This document shows, piece after piece, positions 55,523 through 64,000 of a stretch of DNA of 64,000 nucleotides; the first letter of the stretch is position 1; the number at the start of each line of letters is the position of its first letter. Both the position numbers and the translations under genes were made by a program. Location of the stretch: positions 864,001 to 928,000 of the forward strand of contig CAVWLP010000003.1 of assembly GCA_963755915.1 (NCBI GenBank), written 5' to 3'. This stretch comes from an uncultured Phycisphaerales bacterium. Its GTDB lineage: Bacteria > Planctomycetota > Phycisphaerae > Tepidisphaerales > Tepidisphaeraceae. The notes below the pieces were generated by a model that searched no databases, had not been told where the DNA came from, and saw only the letters and a list, made by a program, of their open reading frames with translations.

Positions 55523-56344
55523 TCACCGCGCGGAGCGGGATTGGGGGCCGCGGCGACGGAGGAGGAGGCCGCATGCTCCCAGGCTCAGGAGGCAGAGGCT
55601 TGCGGGCTCGGGGACGACCGCGCCGGCGGTTTGTAGTTGGAAACCGTTGAAGAAGGCCTGGGCTCCATTGTTTATGCCGTAGGTGCCGGTGATCTGGCCG
55701 GAACTATTGGGAACGAGGTTGGAGTATTCGACGTAGACGATGCCGAGGGTCGATGTGGAGATTGTGGTTGAAGTGTAATCGGTGCCGCTGGTGATGGCGG
55801 CGCCGGAGGTAGACTACGGATTGGTGTTGGAGCCGGCGCTGCTGATGATGTCGAACTTCGTTCCGTAACTTCCGCCGGAGTCGTGCGTCCAGCCGTAAAG
55901 ATAGAGGTCGTAGGTCGTCGTGGTGGACAAACCGCCGATGGTGAAGTCTCCTGTTGAATAATCCGCCTGGCATTGATCGATCAGGTCGTTGCTGGTGTCC
56001 AGGGTCGAGCCGGGACTGTAGAGGAAACTATTGGTGGTACTTATGGTGACACTGGTGCTGTTTCCGTTTGAATCCTCCAGAGTGCTTGGGGGGGTGATGA
56101 TGATGCTGTTCCAGTCGTGGGCGTCGGGCGTGGTGAGGGCGCCCTGGCCGGTATAGTCGCCAGCGTCGGCGGTGAACTGGACGTTGACGGTGCTGACGGG
56201 GCTGGCGTTTGCCGCCGATGACCAGGCGGCCAACGCGAAAGCGGCGGCGGCGGCGCAGGTCAAAAAGCGATTCTCGGCGCCGGTCGCGACACGCAGACGG
56301 GCCGCGAGGCGGCCATGGATTCCATTGGCCTTTTTAAATCGCAT
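55523..56344 (-). CDS. PEP-CTERM surface protein (frameshift near 55815)
   Basis: Signal peptide; Ser/Thr-rich body; C-terminal VPEPASLCLLSLGACGLLLRRR in a shifted frame. Confidence 0.85.
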
Positions 56345-56764
56345 GAGTTTCTCCCTGTTTGTCAAAGACTTAAAATGTAGTTTTCAGAGTGCCGTTTGCG
56401 GCGGGATTCTACGGGAAGTGCGCGCGTCGACAACCTCAATTTTCGGGAGAATTTTTGGCTCCAAAATCGAGACATAGTTCTGACAGTTATTATGGCTACT
56501 GAAAGTGTGAAATGAGCGACACCGGCTGTCGCGGAATGCGTCACGACGGCGACGGGTGGCTATTGGGGCGGGCGTAAGAGGCGGAAATTAACCGCCCGGA
56601 AATTCGACAAGCAGGGAACGAAAAAAGACACGAAATTTTGTTGGGTTCTCTGGAAGATAAGAGAAGAGGGCAACGATTTGGGAGAATTGAAGACGCGCCC
56701 CGCAAGGGGGGCCTTTGCGCCTCTGCGTGAGATCCTCTTCATTGAATGATCGCCCGCGGCCCGA

Positions 56765-57457
56765 TCATGTATTCGGCATCCTCGATTCGCCATTCTTCTT
56801 TTCCCTGAACCTCTTCAGTGCCTCCCCCACCGACGAATCTTCGGAGTCCCCCCCGCTAAGACTCCCCTCGCTAAGACTCCCCAGTGCCCCATCGACCACC
56901 CTGCTCATTCGCCTCTTTTCCCTCAGCACCTTCCGGCGATGATCCTTCCACTCCAGGTCCGCCTTCACCTTCTCCGGATCGCCCGATCCCGCCTTATATT
57001 CCCGAATCAATCCCATCCCCTTCAGAAACGCAAACGCCAGCCGGCCATCGCCCGTCATCATCGACCGTTGGATTGCATCCGCCGCCGTCTCCGTCATGGC
57101 CAACAGCCGCGATTGCGCGCTCTTCCGCATCTGATTATGCCAATCGTTATACGCCGCACGAAATGTTGGATCACTCTTGAGCCAGCGATAGAGGGTGCTC
57201 CTTCCCACATCCGAAGACGCTGCCGCTTGCGACACCGACATCCCGGATACGAGTTGCTCCAGGGCCGTCTGCTGGTCAAAACTCAGTTGATCGAACGCAG
57301 GCCGAATCACCCGCTCCTCTTCCCCGGCTTTTTTCCCTTCAACATTTCTCAAAACGATCGCGGTAGGCGAGTTCGCGGACGAACTCCCGGGCGAACTCTC
57401 CCGCACGTTTCTCACCCTCACCTTCCCCATAATCACCTTCCCGCGCCCACTTCGCAT
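56765..57457 (-). CDS. Helix-turn-helix domain protein
   Basis: QQTALEQLVSGMSVSQAAASSDVGRSTLYRWLKSDPTF. Confidence 0.7.
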   Translation of the reverse strand: MRSGRGKVIMGKVRVRNVRESSPGSSSANSPTAIVLRNVEGKKAGEEERVIRPAFDQLSFDQQTALEQLVSGMSVSQAAASSDVGRSTLYRWLKSDPTFRAAYNDWHNQMRKSAQSRLLAMTETAADAIQRSMMTGDGRLAFAFLKGMGLIREYKAGSGDPEKVKADLEWKDHRRKVLREKRRMSRVVDGALGSLSEGSLSGGDSEDSSVGEALKRFREKKNGESRMPNT

Positions 57458-57867
57458 AGAAACCTCCCGCTGGAAATAATCTCAAACCATACCAAGAGAC
57501 CCTAACATATACCAAACATCTGTCAAGAAAAAAATCGCGTCGATCAGGGCCGGACTATTCTCGAAACGCCCACGGCGCCGCCGTGGGGAGCTGTGAGTGC
57601 GCCCGCAAACAAACCGCAGAGTCTCCGGATAAAGGCATGTCAAAGCCGTTATTTCCCCACGTGTTCCACGATCTCCCAGCGCCAACAGCCATGCACCTAA
57701 ACGTGAAACCACAATAATGAATGACATCTTTTTCCCGTGTAGCCGCCCCGCTTGCGGGGCGCTTTTTTCGACCTGCACGAATCGCAGTCCCTCATTTAGC
57801 AACGACTACATCCGGAGTGTGTTAAGACCGTTATTGGACTGACCAAGCTAGAAACTATAATGCGCAA

Positions 57868-59253
57868 ATGCCGTTCACCGTTTTCTACGCATGGCAGATG
57901 GACAGGCTACCAAGGCTGAACCGCTGGTTCATTCAAGATGCGCTCAAGGCGGCGATTAAACAGTTAAAAAAAGAGCTTTCAGCCGATGACGCCGACGTAA
58001 AGCTAGAACCCGCGCAGCCGGTGGACGAAAACGAGGATCAAACCGATCCAGAAGCCGATCCGGCAGATGAAAAAATTGTTCTCCAAGTGGGTGCGGTAGG
58101 CGTCGGTGGTGCTCAACTAATCGCGGAAACCATCTTGGACCGCATCGCACAATGCGATGTGTTTGTCGCCGACTTGTCATTCGTTGGCGAAGTAACAACC
58201 GCTGACGGGCGGAAAAAGCTCGTTCCAAACCCCAACGTGCTCATCGAAAGCGGCGCTGCTGCCCGCACTGGACGGGGCTGGGATAGAGTAGTGCTGGTGC
58301 TAAACACGGCCTTTGGGGCGGTCGATCAACTGCCATTCGACCTAAAGCACCGGGTCTGCCATATCCAATATGAATTGAGCAACACAAATCATAATGACCG
58401 GACAAATAAGAAAAACCAGTTGACGAAGGATCTGGTCAGTCAGATCCGGCAGATTTATCAAGTAGAAAAATCAAGGCAACAAGCTGCCCAAGAACAAACG
58501 ACGGTGAATACAGCAAACGAAGGTTTACTTCGAGCAACAAAAGTGCGGGACGACTTTGAGCGAAGTTTAGGAGAGAATAAGTTTTATAACTTCAAGGCTC
58601 AGTGTTGCATTCTCGCCGTCACACTGACTCCGCTTCGTCCCCAAAAAACAGAGTTGAATCTGAGCCGCATAGACGAGTCAATTTTGCGCGGCTATATCCA
58701 ACCCATCGGACATTTTGATGGGCAAACGCGGCATCGCATGAAGTCGGTAACTTGCGAGGCGGGTTCTAGTGTACCGATTTCATTTGTGGAGTTGACATCA
58801 GCACGTAGTTTACTTGCGTGCTACAACCTAAAGTACGGCCAAGACGATGTGACCATACGTGTCCCGCACGTTCCCAAGGTTGACCCATCGAAGCCGTACA
58901 TCCTGTCGATGGAAAACTATCAGTCGCATTTAATATCGGGCGTCCAGCGTTTTTTGAAGGGATTGGTTAAACTCGATATCGTTGGGCCGTGGGTTTTCTC
59001 GCTGTCCTTGCTTAAAGCACGAAACTGTCAGATGGTCCTTGTGGACAGAATTGAGCATCCCCCGAGCGATACCATATGCGAGCTTGACGACATACGGACA
59101 GAAAACTTGATTCTACCTTCCGACTTAAATCTTAAGGACCAAGAAGCGGTAACGATGGCGATGAGCCAGTCGCTTCGGGAGCTTTGGCGGGCCTGCGGTT
59201 ACCCCGCGTTTCCGATTTACCGTTCCGACGGCTCAATTGAGTGGGAGCGTTGA
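57868..59253 (+). CDS. Hypothetical protein with an N-terminal nucleoside-deoxyribosyltransferase/TIR-like domain
   Basis: VFYAWQ.D, CDVFVADLS, PNPNVLIE and LPFDL motifs; lower GC than the flanks. Confidence 0.7.
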   Translation: MPFTVFYAWQMDRLPRLNRWFIQDALKAAIKQLKKELSADDADVKLEPAQPVDENEDQTDPEADPADEKIVLQVGAVGVGGAQLIAETILDRIAQCDVFVADLSFVGEVTTADGRKKLVPNPNVLIESGAAARTGRGWDRVVLVLNTAFGAVDQLPFDLKHRVCHIQYELSNTNHNDRTNKKNQLTKDLVSQIRQIYQVEKSRQQAAQEQTTVNTANEGLLRATKVRDDFERSLGENKFYNFKAQCCILAVTLTPLRPQKTELNLSRIDESILRGYIQPIGHFDGQTRHRMKSVTCEAGSSVPISFVELTSARSLLACYNLKYGQDDVTIRVPHVPKVDPSKPYILSMENYQSHLISGVQRFLKGLVKLDIVGPWVFSLSLLKARNCQMVLVDRIEHPPSDTICELDDIRTENLILPSDLNLKDQEAVTMAMSQSLRELWRACGYPAFPIYRSDGSIEWER

Positions 59254-59828
59254 ACGTCGCTGCTCATTAATGCCGAATGGTTCACGCGGGATTTGGAGGC
59301 GACTTTTCGCAAGGCGTGCAGCGAATAGTGCGAGAAACCAATCTAAATTATCGTCGGCGAAACCGTCGTTCACGGGCTGAATTAGCTATCCTGTAAAACA
59401 GGTTCTCGGCAAACTTACAAATAAACGCCACCACGAAAATTACCGCGAGCCACTTGTAAGCGCTCATCATCACGATATGAAAGAACGCATCAGCAGCAGG
59501 TTTTACCGAAACCATCGAATCCTCCCTTGCGCTAGGCTCAAAACGATAACAATTGCTGCGTTTGACATGATCTTCCTAGAAAGGCAGACTAAACCCTATC
59601 GAGATTAGGCTGGTCGGTCAAAGGGGTGGCGCATTTCAAGGCGGGGGTAATTGAAAGTAATGCAACCTTTATATCGATTTTGAACTTCGATCCACACCCG
59701 ACCGATGCCGGGAATGTGGGACAATTTGCCCTAAAGAGCAGGTAGCCGAACATCAATGCGGAATACAGGCACTGCTGCAAATCCGCATAAAATATGGTAC
59801 GCTTTTGCGGAAACAACAGGAAAATACA

Positions 59829-60095
59829 GTGGCCACAGTCAAAATCCCCGATGAGACATTAGCCCGGCTGCAAGCTGCTGCTGCCGCGCGTCATGTCTCC
59901 CTTGAAGCCTATCTCGATGAATTGGCGGCATCGGACGCCAACCGTAAGCATGCGCCTTTCGCTCAATTCCACAAAAGCACCCCCGCCGAGCGGGCGGCGG
60001 CGGCCGAATCGATCCGCAATCTCGCGAGCCAAGTGAAGGGCAAATCCACCATTAAAGAATTGATCGCCGATAAGCACGCCGGGCACAAATACTAA
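59829..60095 (+). CDS. Antitoxin (ribbon-helix-helix, VapB-like)
   Basis: TVKIPDETLARLQAAAAARHVSLEAYL; directly upstream of a PIN gene. Confidence 0.7.
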   Translation: MATVKIPDETLARLQAAAAARHVSLEAYLDELAASDANRKHAPFAQFHKSTPAERAAAAESIRNLASQVKGKSTIKELIADKHAGHKY

Positions 60096-60096
60096 G

Positions 60097-60497
60097 ATGG
60101 CAATTGTAGTGGATTGTTCTGTGGCAGCCGCCTGGCGCTCGCCGACGAGCGTACAGCCTGGACAACGGCAGCTTTGCATGCCGCCAGCGTTGAGGGGGCA
60201 ATAGTCCCCTCACTGTTTTGGTACGAGATAAGGAACATCCTGATCATCAATGAACGGCGTGGACGCATTGGCCGGGAGCAATCCGCCCGGTTTCTTATCG
60301 ATGTTGATCCACTGACGGACTTCGACGAAAGCCCTGTTGAGGCGGATGTTCTTGCCCTGGCCCGATCCCATAATTTGACCGTCTATGACGCTTCCTATTT
60401 GGAGTTGGCAAGCCGCCTGGGATTACCGCTGTGCACGCTCGACGCACAACTGATCGACGCCGCCCCGAGAGTCGGCGTCGCCCTCTGGCAACCATAA
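60097..60497 (+). CDS. VapC PIN-domain toxin (frameshift near 60135)
   Basis: MAIVVDCSV, YEIRN, LTVYDASYLELA, LCTLD. Confidence 0.88.
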
Positions 60498-60763
60498 AAA
60501 CCCTTGACAGCGAATTTCGCCTTCTCATCCACACCGCAGACCAGTTTGGATGACCACTCATGCCGATTGAGGAGCCGGTCGAATGCGAAGCAGGGGCGCT
60601 ATCCAACCCCGATCTTCTTACCCCCCCGCCTATGGCCCACAAACATCTACTATAATCTTCGAGTTAGTGAACACTAATTGAAAACCCCAAAATCGTCCCA
60701 TTTCGTCCCATTCGTCCCATTTACATTTCCACCACTAGTACCCCGATTTCTAGCCCCCAGCCC

Positions 60764-61345
60764 CTATCCCGCAATCGGCCCCAAGATCGGCTGTGGCCCG
60801 ATCACATCCGCCGAAAACGTGCGCAGCTCCGCCCCTGGCTCCTTCCACGCGGTCTCGGCGACGCCGAGTTTTTCTGTGCACAGGCGGCCGAGGAGCTGTT
60901 CGCGCGACCAGCCGGTGTCGCGGGCGACCTGGGGGAGGAAAAGCCCGGTGCGGCCGCGGAAGGTGAGGTGGATGCCGTCGCGCGTCGGTTCGAAATCGAG
61001 GGCGGATTTTTTTTTCTCGAGCGGGCCGAGGATACTCAGCTCGAGGGTGAGTTCGGGAAGCTCGCCGCGCGAGACGGGGTTGGTGAGGAAGCGGGCATCG
61101 CCGATGACGGACTCGGCGGCGTTGACGAGGGTTTCGCGAAGGGGGCGGCCGGTGTCGAGGACACCGATGCAGCCGCGCAGCATGTGGGTGCCCTGGCGAT
61201 GGAGGGAGACGAAGCACCCGGCGGGCTGGGCAAACACAGGATCGTCAAGCGTGGGGATCGGGCGCGGGTCGCCGCCAAGCCGGCGGATGATCACGTCGGC
61301 CGCGAAATCGAGGATCTGCTGCTGAACTTGTGTCGAAAAATCCAT
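60764..61345 (-). CDS. AMMECR1-domain protein (AmmeMemoRadiSam protein A)
   Basis: GCFVSL, LRGCIG, DARF, ELSIL, GLFLPQVA. Confidence 0.9.
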   Translation of the reverse strand: MDFSTQVQQQILDFAADVIIRRLGGDPRPIPTLDDPVFAQPAGCFVSLHRQGTHMLRGCIGVLDTGRPLRETLVNAAESVIGDARFLTNPVSRGELPELTLELSILGPLEKKKSALDFEPTRDGIHLTFRGRTGLFLPQVARDTGWSREQLLGRLCTEKLGVAETAWKEPGAELRTFSADVIGPQPILGPIAG

Positions 61346-61399
61346 CGAAAATATTTTTGGCCGGTGGAAGTATACCGAAAAGTACAGGGGGTGGTCACT

Positions 61400-61516
61400 T
61401 TATCCACCGGGTTATGCACCGGCAATCTTTTGGTGGGTCAAGCAGTTAGGGAAATCGGTGGATAACCGAATCGGAATAGAGCGAAAAAATAGGGGAAAAG
61501 GGTGGAGAGTGGATAT
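61400..61516. promoter_or_regulatory. Cluster of DnaA-box-like 9-mers
   Basis: TTATCCACC 61400-61408 (+), TTATGCACC 61412-61420 (+), TTATCCACC 61457-61465 (-), and weaker boxes at 61501-61516. Confidence 0.45.
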
Positions 61517-61691
61517 ATTTTCCTTCGTCGTTGGGCACGAAAGTGACCGGCGAAACAGGAGAACGCTCCTGACAAACAGACCGACTTTCGAAATGCGAAA
61601 GACCGTGCGAAGCAACAAAGAGCGGGCACGGCGAAAGTCGGTGGCCAGCGACCAGGCCACCCGATGAAAGCGGCGTCAAAAACGCCCATTC

Positions 61692-62002
61692 AGGCAATCC
61701 GGGTTAGAGTCGCCGCCAGTGATCTGTCCACCGCGGAGAGAAATCCTCCCGATAAAGGACAGGTTGAGCCCAAAATGCCGCGAGTGTTCTGGTAACGGAA
61801 TGCCGAGCGGCGCGGATCCTAGGAGTGGGCTCAGGATAGCGTAATCCCACGGCCGTCCAGTCGGGAACCCGCTGTGCCGCCCTGTTGGGCGAGCGATCGC
61901 GGCGGCAACAGTCGCGATCGAACCGTCTGTGTGAAGCGGTAGTCAACTGCCCTTTCACGCTGAGCGGACCGAGGCGGGCCCAGGCCCAGGAGCAGGTTGC
62001 CT
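61692..62002 (+). ncRNA. Large structured non-coding RNA, raiA-motif-like
   Basis: Closing helix aggcaatc/ggttgcct; multiple stems with G-U pairs and GNRA loops; no credible ORF. Confidence 0.7.
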
Positions 62003-62062
62003 ACAGAATCGGTTCGATACCAGAATTTGGCGGTTTAAGCCGCAAGGCGCAAGCCGACATAG

Positions 62063-62110
62063 GGCCCACGCGGTGACGTCGCGAGTCACTTCGTGGGCCA
62101 TCTGGTTTTT
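62063..62110 (+). terminator. Possible intrinsic terminator after the ncRNA
   Basis: ggcccacg...cgtgggcc stem; the T-run is 6 nt downstream, so the match is imperfect. Confidence 0.4.
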
Positions 62111-62290
62111 ATCGGGAGGGGAGATTGGGGGAAGGGACCCCCGCTGCTCGTCACGAGAAATCCGAAACCAGAAACCAGAAATCCGAATCAAATCAGAATA
62201 TCCAAATGACGAATGGTCGTCATTCTGGTTTCGTCATTCGGGCTTGATTCGGATTTCTGGTTTCTGGTTTCGGGCTTATTTCGGCAGGGT

Positions 62291-62722
62291 TTACTTCGGT
62301 TTCGTCGTCGGATAGTGCGTCGTCTCCATCAACGCCTTTTCCTGCTGCGCTCGCTCCATAATCCCCGGCGGTGCTTCGCTTTCGGCCGGCTTTGGCGTCA
62401 GCGTGTAGTGCAGATAATGGTGGTCCTTGATGGGAATCGGCAATAGCTCGCTCACTATATCCAGGGGAATCCATTGGTAAATCGGCGCGATGACTTTGGC
62501 CTTGGTCCGGATCGTTTCGTAATCGTCGTGGCGGATCGTGATTTCGTAGGTGCCGTACCAGGTGAAATCGCCGGAGACGGGCGTGCGGCCCCATTCGCTG
62601 TTGTTGAGCTGAACCAGGGCGCCGGGCGGATCGGTCTGGACCGTCAGGATGCGCTCGACGCAGCCGGCGGTCGCGAAAGGCAGAATGGCAACGCATCCGA
62701 GCAGGACCTGGTGAGGCTTCAT
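62291..62722 (-). CDS. PEGA-domain lipoprotein
   Basis: Lipobox TAGC; TDPPGALV...GRTPV...YGTY. Confidence 0.85.
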   Translation of the reverse strand: MKPHQVLLGCVAILPFATAGCVERILTVQTDPPGALVQLNNSEWGRTPVSGDFTWYGTYEITIRHDDYETIRTKAKVIAPIYQWIPLDIVSELLPIPIKDHHYLHYTLTPKPAESEAPPGIMERAQQEKALMETTHYPTTKPK

Positions 62723-62945
62723 GCCGGGAACAAAGTATAGGTTGAGGAGAGTTATTAACTAGGAGTCAAGAAGAAGATTTTATCGGTCACGGTTTTGGCA
62801 ACGAGAAGACGCGGTTACTCGTATAAAACAAGCGGTTCCGCCGCGGGAGCACATGGCTTGCCCTGGTGACGTTCGAAGTGGCCGTGAGGTGGGTAGCAGC
62901 AATGGGGAGTTAACAAAATCGATTGGGGGAGTATCTTGGTGGGTT

Positions 62946-64000
62946 ATGGCTTTGAACCAGGAGCTATCGGATCTCTTCCGCACCTTGGCGGCGCTGATGG
63001 ACATCAAGGGGGAAAGCACGTTCAAGGCGATCGCCTTTTCGAAGGTTTCGCGGATTCTGAAGGATATGACGCTCGACCTGGCGGAGTGTTGCCGGGAGGG
63101 GAAGCTGAAGGATTTGGAGGGGATCGGGCCTTCGAGCCAGCGGATCATCGAGCAGTTTATCGCCAGCGGGAAAAGCATTGATTTCGAGGAAGTCGCGGCC
63201 AGCGTGCCGGCGGGACTCATTCCGATGCTGGAGATCCCCAGCCTCGGGCCCAAGACGATCGCCCTGCTCTGGAAGGAGCGGAATATCACCACCCTGGAAG
63301 AGCTGGTGGCGGCGATCGAAGGGAAGAAGCTGGAGGGGATCAAGGGGCTGGGAGATAAAAAGATCGAGGGGATCAAGCAGGGGATCGCGCTGCGGGCGCA
63401 GGCAACGGGGCGGATTGGGATCGTGCGGGCGATGGAGATGGGCGGCGCGATTCTGGAAGCCGTCAGAAAATTCACCGAGGTTCGGGAAGCGGAGCTGGGG
63501 GGAGCCTCCGGCGCCGGCGCGAAACCATCGGCGACATCGACATCGTCTGCTCGTTGAAAAATGATTCGGCCGGTGAGCGCGTTTCCGCCGAATTCGTAAA
63601 GCTGAGCGGCGTGCAGTGCGTGCTCGGCCAGGGATCGACCAAGGCCAGCGTGCTGATGGAAGGGGGCACACAGGTCGATCTGCGGATCGTGCCGGCGGCC
63701 AATTTCGGCGCGGCCCTCCAATATTTCACCGGCTCCAAAGAGCACAACACCAAGTTGCGCGGGCTGGCCCAGCAGAAAAACATGACGCTGAACGAGTGGG
63801 GGCTTTACAGGAATGAGGATTACGACAAGTCGGAGAAGAAGACAGGGTTTCCGCCGAAGGCAAAGCCGGTGGCGAGTAAGACCGAGGAGGATATTTACAA
63901 GGCGCTGGGGATGGCGTGCATGGAGCCGACGCTGCGGGAAGACCGCGGCGAAATCGAGGCGGCGATTGCCGGGAAGCTGCCGAAGGTCATTAAGCTGGAA
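62946..64000 (+). CDS. polX: DNA polymerase X family protein (partial; frameshift near 63505)
   Basis: HhH motifs GIGPS and SLGPK; GSLRRRRETIGDIDI after the shift; QVDLR, YFTGSKEHN, LNEWG, LREDRGE. Confidence 0.9.

Noticed and set aside
56765-57457. Prophage (terminase small subunit-like HTH)
   Set aside because: No large terminase, structural genes or integrase nearby.
59254-59800. Second gene of the candidate defence locus
   Set aside because: Only short ORFs without recognisable motifs.
61692-62002. RNase P RNA, tmRNA, SRP or tRNA identity for the structured RNA
   Set aside because: No GAGGAAAGUCC, no tRNA-like ends or tag ORF, and no SRP GGAA-loop domain seen on either strand.
4909-63600. 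Mass pseudogenisation or programmed frameshifting in more than 15 genes
   Set aside because: The lesions I traced are short indels, often in homopolymers or GC runs, and they hit housekeeping genes (lpxI, mqnC, polX). This is typical of long-read error; raw reads would settle it.

Overview
GC-rich chromosomal window, inferred to be Planctomycetota (probably Phycisphaerae) from the PEP-CTERM protein, extended sigma factors, lpxI, mqnC and typical palindromic repeats. Many genes carry single-base frameshifts, most likely uncorrected long-read errors. Contents: rsmE; a di-heme peroxidase, a P450 and MscS; a Wzm/Wzt surface-polysaccharide locus with three methyltransferase domains and a kinase-GT2-GT2 protein; a beta-propeller phosphoesterase; lpxI; hslU and hslV separated by about 7.7 kb; three toxin-antitoxin modules; glcF-like, tsaE, two sigma factors, an OGT-like protein, mqnC, an AMMECR1 protein and polX. 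Highlights: (1) Two IS110/IS1111-type elements. Their ends, 2-nt cores and downstream bridge/seek-RNA guide segments can be read directly, and each sits in a different host palindromic repeat family with an empty copy in the same window. (2) An unannotated, densely structured RNA of about 310 nt at 61692-62002. Its core motifs resemble the raiA-motif RNA and it lies downstream of a DnaA-box-like cluster. (3) An IS481 nested inside two other repeats, a TA-flanked MITE, and palindromic repeats inserted in-frame in proteins. (4) A lower-GC NDT/TIR-like candidate defence gene. No CRISPR array, rRNA or tRNA was seen.
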